Positions 35,391 to 37,546 of a DNA stretch of 37,546 nucleotides are shown piece after piece. The DNA comes from a virus. Lineage: Duplodnaviria; Heunggongvirae; Uroviricota; Caudoviricetes. The notes beneath the pieces were generated by a model that saw only the letters and a program-made list of their open reading frames with translations, did not search any database and was not told the DNA's origin. The stretch lies in the IMG/VR virus record IMGVR_UViG_2565956620_000003; one strand, 5' to 3'. Position 1 is the first letter of the stretch. Each line of letters starts with the position of its first letter. The translations under genes were made by a program, and so were the position numbers.

Positions 35391-35852
35391 TCACGCCGCC
35401 CTCACGATATAGTTAAATGCGATATTGCGGGGGCGAGCTGATACATAAGCCCACCAGTCATATCTTTGTGCACCTTTAGAGGATGCATCAAATATCCACT
35501 TTTTGCCATTTAAGACCCCCAGTTGATTAGAGGTTAAAGCGTCACCAAATCCGTATTGTGTAGAGCCGAGCGAACTGATATCTCCGGTATCATTATCATC
35601 AAAACCGGATACGATAGTCCCTTCCTGAAATGAAAGTAGCGCACGCCCGGTATCAACCTTGCGACCACCGTCCCATCCACGGATAAACTCACCGCGCAAA
35701 TCGGGAAGACGGAGGGTCGGGTAGACTCTGACCAGAACAGGATATTGTTCTTTGGTGAACGTAGCTCCGTTGCACTGTAACCAGCCTGCTGGCGGTGTGG
35801 CGGTGGGCCATGGAACCGGTACACCAACAGGCAATGCAGAGCCTTCCCCCAA
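35391..35852 (-). CDS. Silent alternative tail-fibre C-terminal cassette 2 (no start codon of its own)
   Basis: Begins at the crossover-like site with TTG (Leu in the fused reading frame) and LGEGSALPVGVPVPWPTATPPAGWLQCNG, about 90% identical at DNA level to the start of cassette 1; ends with the shared motif RPRNIAFNYIVRAA. Confidence 0.7.
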   Translation of the reverse strand: MGEGSALPVGVPVPWPTATPPAGWLQCNGATFTKEQYPVLVRVYPTLRLPDLRGEFIRGWDGGRKVDTGRALLSFQEGTIVSGFDDNDTGDISSLGSTQYGFGDALTSNQLGVLNGKKWIFDASSKGAQRYDWWAYVSARPRNIAFNYIVRAA

Positions 35853-35863
35853 ACCAACGTTTC
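35838..35863 (-). other. Candidate recombination crossover site B
   Basis: Plus-strand sequence CCTTCCCCCAAACCAACGTTTCTATG at the 5' end of cassette 2. Confidence 0.5.
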
Positions 35864-36291
35864 TATGCCGCCCTTACGATGTAATTAAACGCAATGTTAC
35901 GGGGACGAATGGTCACATAATTAACCCCATCGCCTCGCGAAGGACCTGCAAATGAAAAACGGGAGAATCCAGGTTGGTTGTCAACGATTTGGTCATAGTT
36001 ATTGATTGAATGACCAGACCCAATGTCAAAATTACCTGCGTAATGAGAAAAACTTGTACCATCCTGCCGTGAAAGCAGATCGCGCCCTGTATCCACTTTT
36101 CGCCCGTCGTCCCATCCACGGATAAACTCACCGCGTAAATCGGGAAGACGGAGGGTCGGGTAGACTCTGGCCAGAACAGGATATTGTTCTTTTGTAAAGG
36201 CGCGCCCGTCGCACTTTAACCAGCCTGCTGGCGGTGTGGCAGTGGGCCACGGAACAGGTACACCAACGGGCAGCGCCGAGCCTTCCCCCAA
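35863..36291 (-). CDS. Silent alternative tail-fibre C-terminal cassette 3 (no start codon of its own)
   Basis: Begins with TTG at the crossover-like site; first ~200 bp about 97% identical (inverted) to 34262-34460 of the fibre gene; ends with RPRNIAFNYIVRAA; an in-frame TGA lies just upstream of the site on the minus strand. Confidence 0.7.
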   Translation of the reverse strand: MGEGSALPVGVPVPWPTATPPAGWLKCDGRAFTKEQYPVLARVYPTLRLPDLRGEFIRGWDDGRKVDTGRDLLSRQDGTSFSHYAGNFDIGSGHSINNYDQIVDNQPGFSRFSFAGPSRGDGVNYVTIRPRNIAFNYIVRAA

Positions 36292-36308
36292 ACCAACGTT
36301 TATCTCTC
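36283..36308 (-). other. Candidate recombination crossover site C
   Basis: Plus-strand sequence CCTTCCCCCAAACCAACGTTTATCTC at the 5' end of cassette 3, about 55 bp upstream of the invertase gene. Confidence 0.5.
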
Positions 36309-36362
36309 AAATCCTCCCCACATTATCTCAGTACTTTAACCACTCAAAAGGGAGTATTTTTA

Positions 36363-36935
36363 ATGCTGATTGGCTACATACGTGTGTCAACAAATGACCA
36401 AAACACAGATTTGCAACGCAATGCATTAATGTGCGCAGGATGTGAACAGATTTTTGAGGACAAAATGAGCGGAACCAAGTCGGAACGACCAGGCCTGAAA
36501 CGCGCTTTAAAGTGCCTTAAAAGAGGGGATACATTGGTGGTCTGGAAGCTGGATCGGTTGGGTAGAAGAATGAAACACCTCATTGCTCTCACAGAAGAGC
36601 TACGCGCAAAAGGTGTCAATTTTCGCAGTCTGACGGATTCAATCGATACCAGCACTCCGATGGGAAGGTTCTTTTTTCATATGATGGGTGCACTGGCAGA
36701 AATGGAGCGTGAACTGATAGTTGAGCGCACGCTGGCTGGACTGGCTGCTGCGCGAGCACAAGGAAGAGTTGGAGGACGTCGCCCGAAACTGACGAAGGAG
36801 CAGCATGAGCAGATCGCAAGATTGCTCCAGAAAGGGTATGACAGAAAGCGGCTGGCAATTATCTATGATATTGGACTGTCAACGATCTACCGCTATCACC
36901 CTGTTGGGACTGTCATAACGCAACCTGAAATGTAA
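36363..36935 (+). CDS. Serine DNA invertase (Gin/Hin/Cin/Pin family)
   Basis: 190 aa from ATG 36363; N-terminus MLIGYIRVSTNDQNTDLQ with the catalytic serine in RVST; C-terminal HTH; ribosome-binding site AAGGGAG upstream. The track ORF start at 36234 is an unsupported upstream extension. Confidence 0.9.
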   Translation: MLIGYIRVSTNDQNTDLQRNALMCAGCEQIFEDKMSGTKSERPGLKRALKCLKRGDTLVVWKLDRLGRRMKHLIALTEELRAKGVNFRSLTDSIDTSTPMGRFFFHMMGALAEMERELIVERTLAGLAAARAQGRVGGRRPKLTKEQHEQIARLLQKGYDRKRLAIIYDIGLSTIYRYHPVGTVITQPEM

Positions 36936-36967
36936 TTCTTTTTCAAATAATGAAACGCCGCGTGGAT

Positions 36968-37013
36968 GCCATTTATCGCACAAGATAGAGTGCATTTATC
37001 GCGCGGCGCATCA
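36968..37013 (+). other. Prophage right end with two direct transposase-binding-like repeats
   Basis: CATTTATCGC at 36970-36979 and 36994-37003; terminal sequence GCATTTATCGCGCGGCGCATCA resembles the Mu right end as recalled and ends in CA at 37013. Confidence 0.5.
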
Positions 37014-37546
37014 CCACCGGGATTGGCATTCTTTATGTCAAAGAAGCCTTGTTGCAGGAGATGCCGCCGTGGGAAGGGGGCGGTTCTATGATCGCCACCG
37101 TCAGCCTGAGTGAAGGCACTACCTGGACCAAAGCACCATGGCGGTTTGAAGCCGGTACACCCAATACCGGGGGCATCATTGGTCTTGGCGCGGCGCTGGA
37201 GTATGTGTCGGCGCTGGGGCTTAATAACATAGCCGAGTATGAACAGAATCTGATGCACTACGCGCTATCACAGCTGGAATCTGTACCGGATCTCACTCTC
37301 TATGGCCCGCAGAACAGGCTTGGCGTTATTGCTTTTAATCTCGGTAAACACCACGCCTATGATGTTGGCAGTTTTCTCGATAACTACGGCATTGCTGTGC
37401 GTACCGGACATCACTGCGCAATGCCATTGATGGCCTATTACAACGTTCCTGCTATGTGTCGGGCGTCGCTGGCCATGTATAACACCCATGAAGAAGTGGA
37501 TCGTCTGGTGACCGGCCTGCAACGTATTCACCGTTTGCTGGGATAA
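37014..37546 (+). pseudogene. sufS: 3' fragment of host cysteine desulfurase gene sufS (about codons 230 to 406), cut off from its 5' part by the prophage
   Basis: Translation from 37016 reads [31 protein letters not shown] ... [50 protein letters not shown], matching the C-terminal part of E. coli SufS as I recall it; reading frame is lost upstream of 37014. Confidence 0.85.

Larger units (their letters stand above)
34258..36296. other. Invertible tail-fibre segment (approximate outer limits, site A to site C)
   Basis: Bounded by inverted copies of an ~200-bp conserved block that starts at the crossover-like sequence; adjacent to a serine invertase gene. Confidence 0.7.

Noticed and set aside
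36234-36362. N-terminal extension of the invertase ORF
   Set aside because: The conserved invertase N-terminus (MLIGYIRVST) begins at ATG 36363 with a ribosome-binding site; the extension overlaps cassette 3 and crossover site C and has no family support.

Overview
Almost the whole window (1 to about 37013) is one transposable, Mu-like prophage with a BcepMu-type layout; the last ~530 bp are the 3' part of the host cysteine desulfurase gene sufS, which the prophage has interrupted. The prophage left end is not in the window. Minus strand, 8733 down to 132: a leftward early operon with a Ner-like regulator, a DDE (rve-type, not MuA-like) transposase, a MuB/TniB-like transposition ATPase, Gam, a MazG-like protein, GemA-like and Mor. 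A divergent XRE-type repressor (8827..9183, +) faces it across an operator region with a perfect 18-bp palindrome. Between repressor and late genes lies an accessory block (9300..11577): a Dam-family adenine methyltransferase, a P-loop NTPase of unknown function and small ORFs. Plus strand, 11708 to 35384: lysis cassette (holin, signal-anchored lytic transglycosylase, i-spanin with embedded o-spanin), terminase, portal, head genes, sheath, tube, chaperone pair, tape measure, baseplate, tail fibre and fibre-assembly protein. The most interesting structure is at 34246..36935: a Gin/Hin-family serine invertase next to a tail-fibre segment with three crossover sites and three alternative C-terminal cassettes, two of them silent and start-less on the minus strand. 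No rRNA, tRNA or CRISPR array was recognised. All calls rest on reading the supplied translations and sequence by eye; no database search was run.
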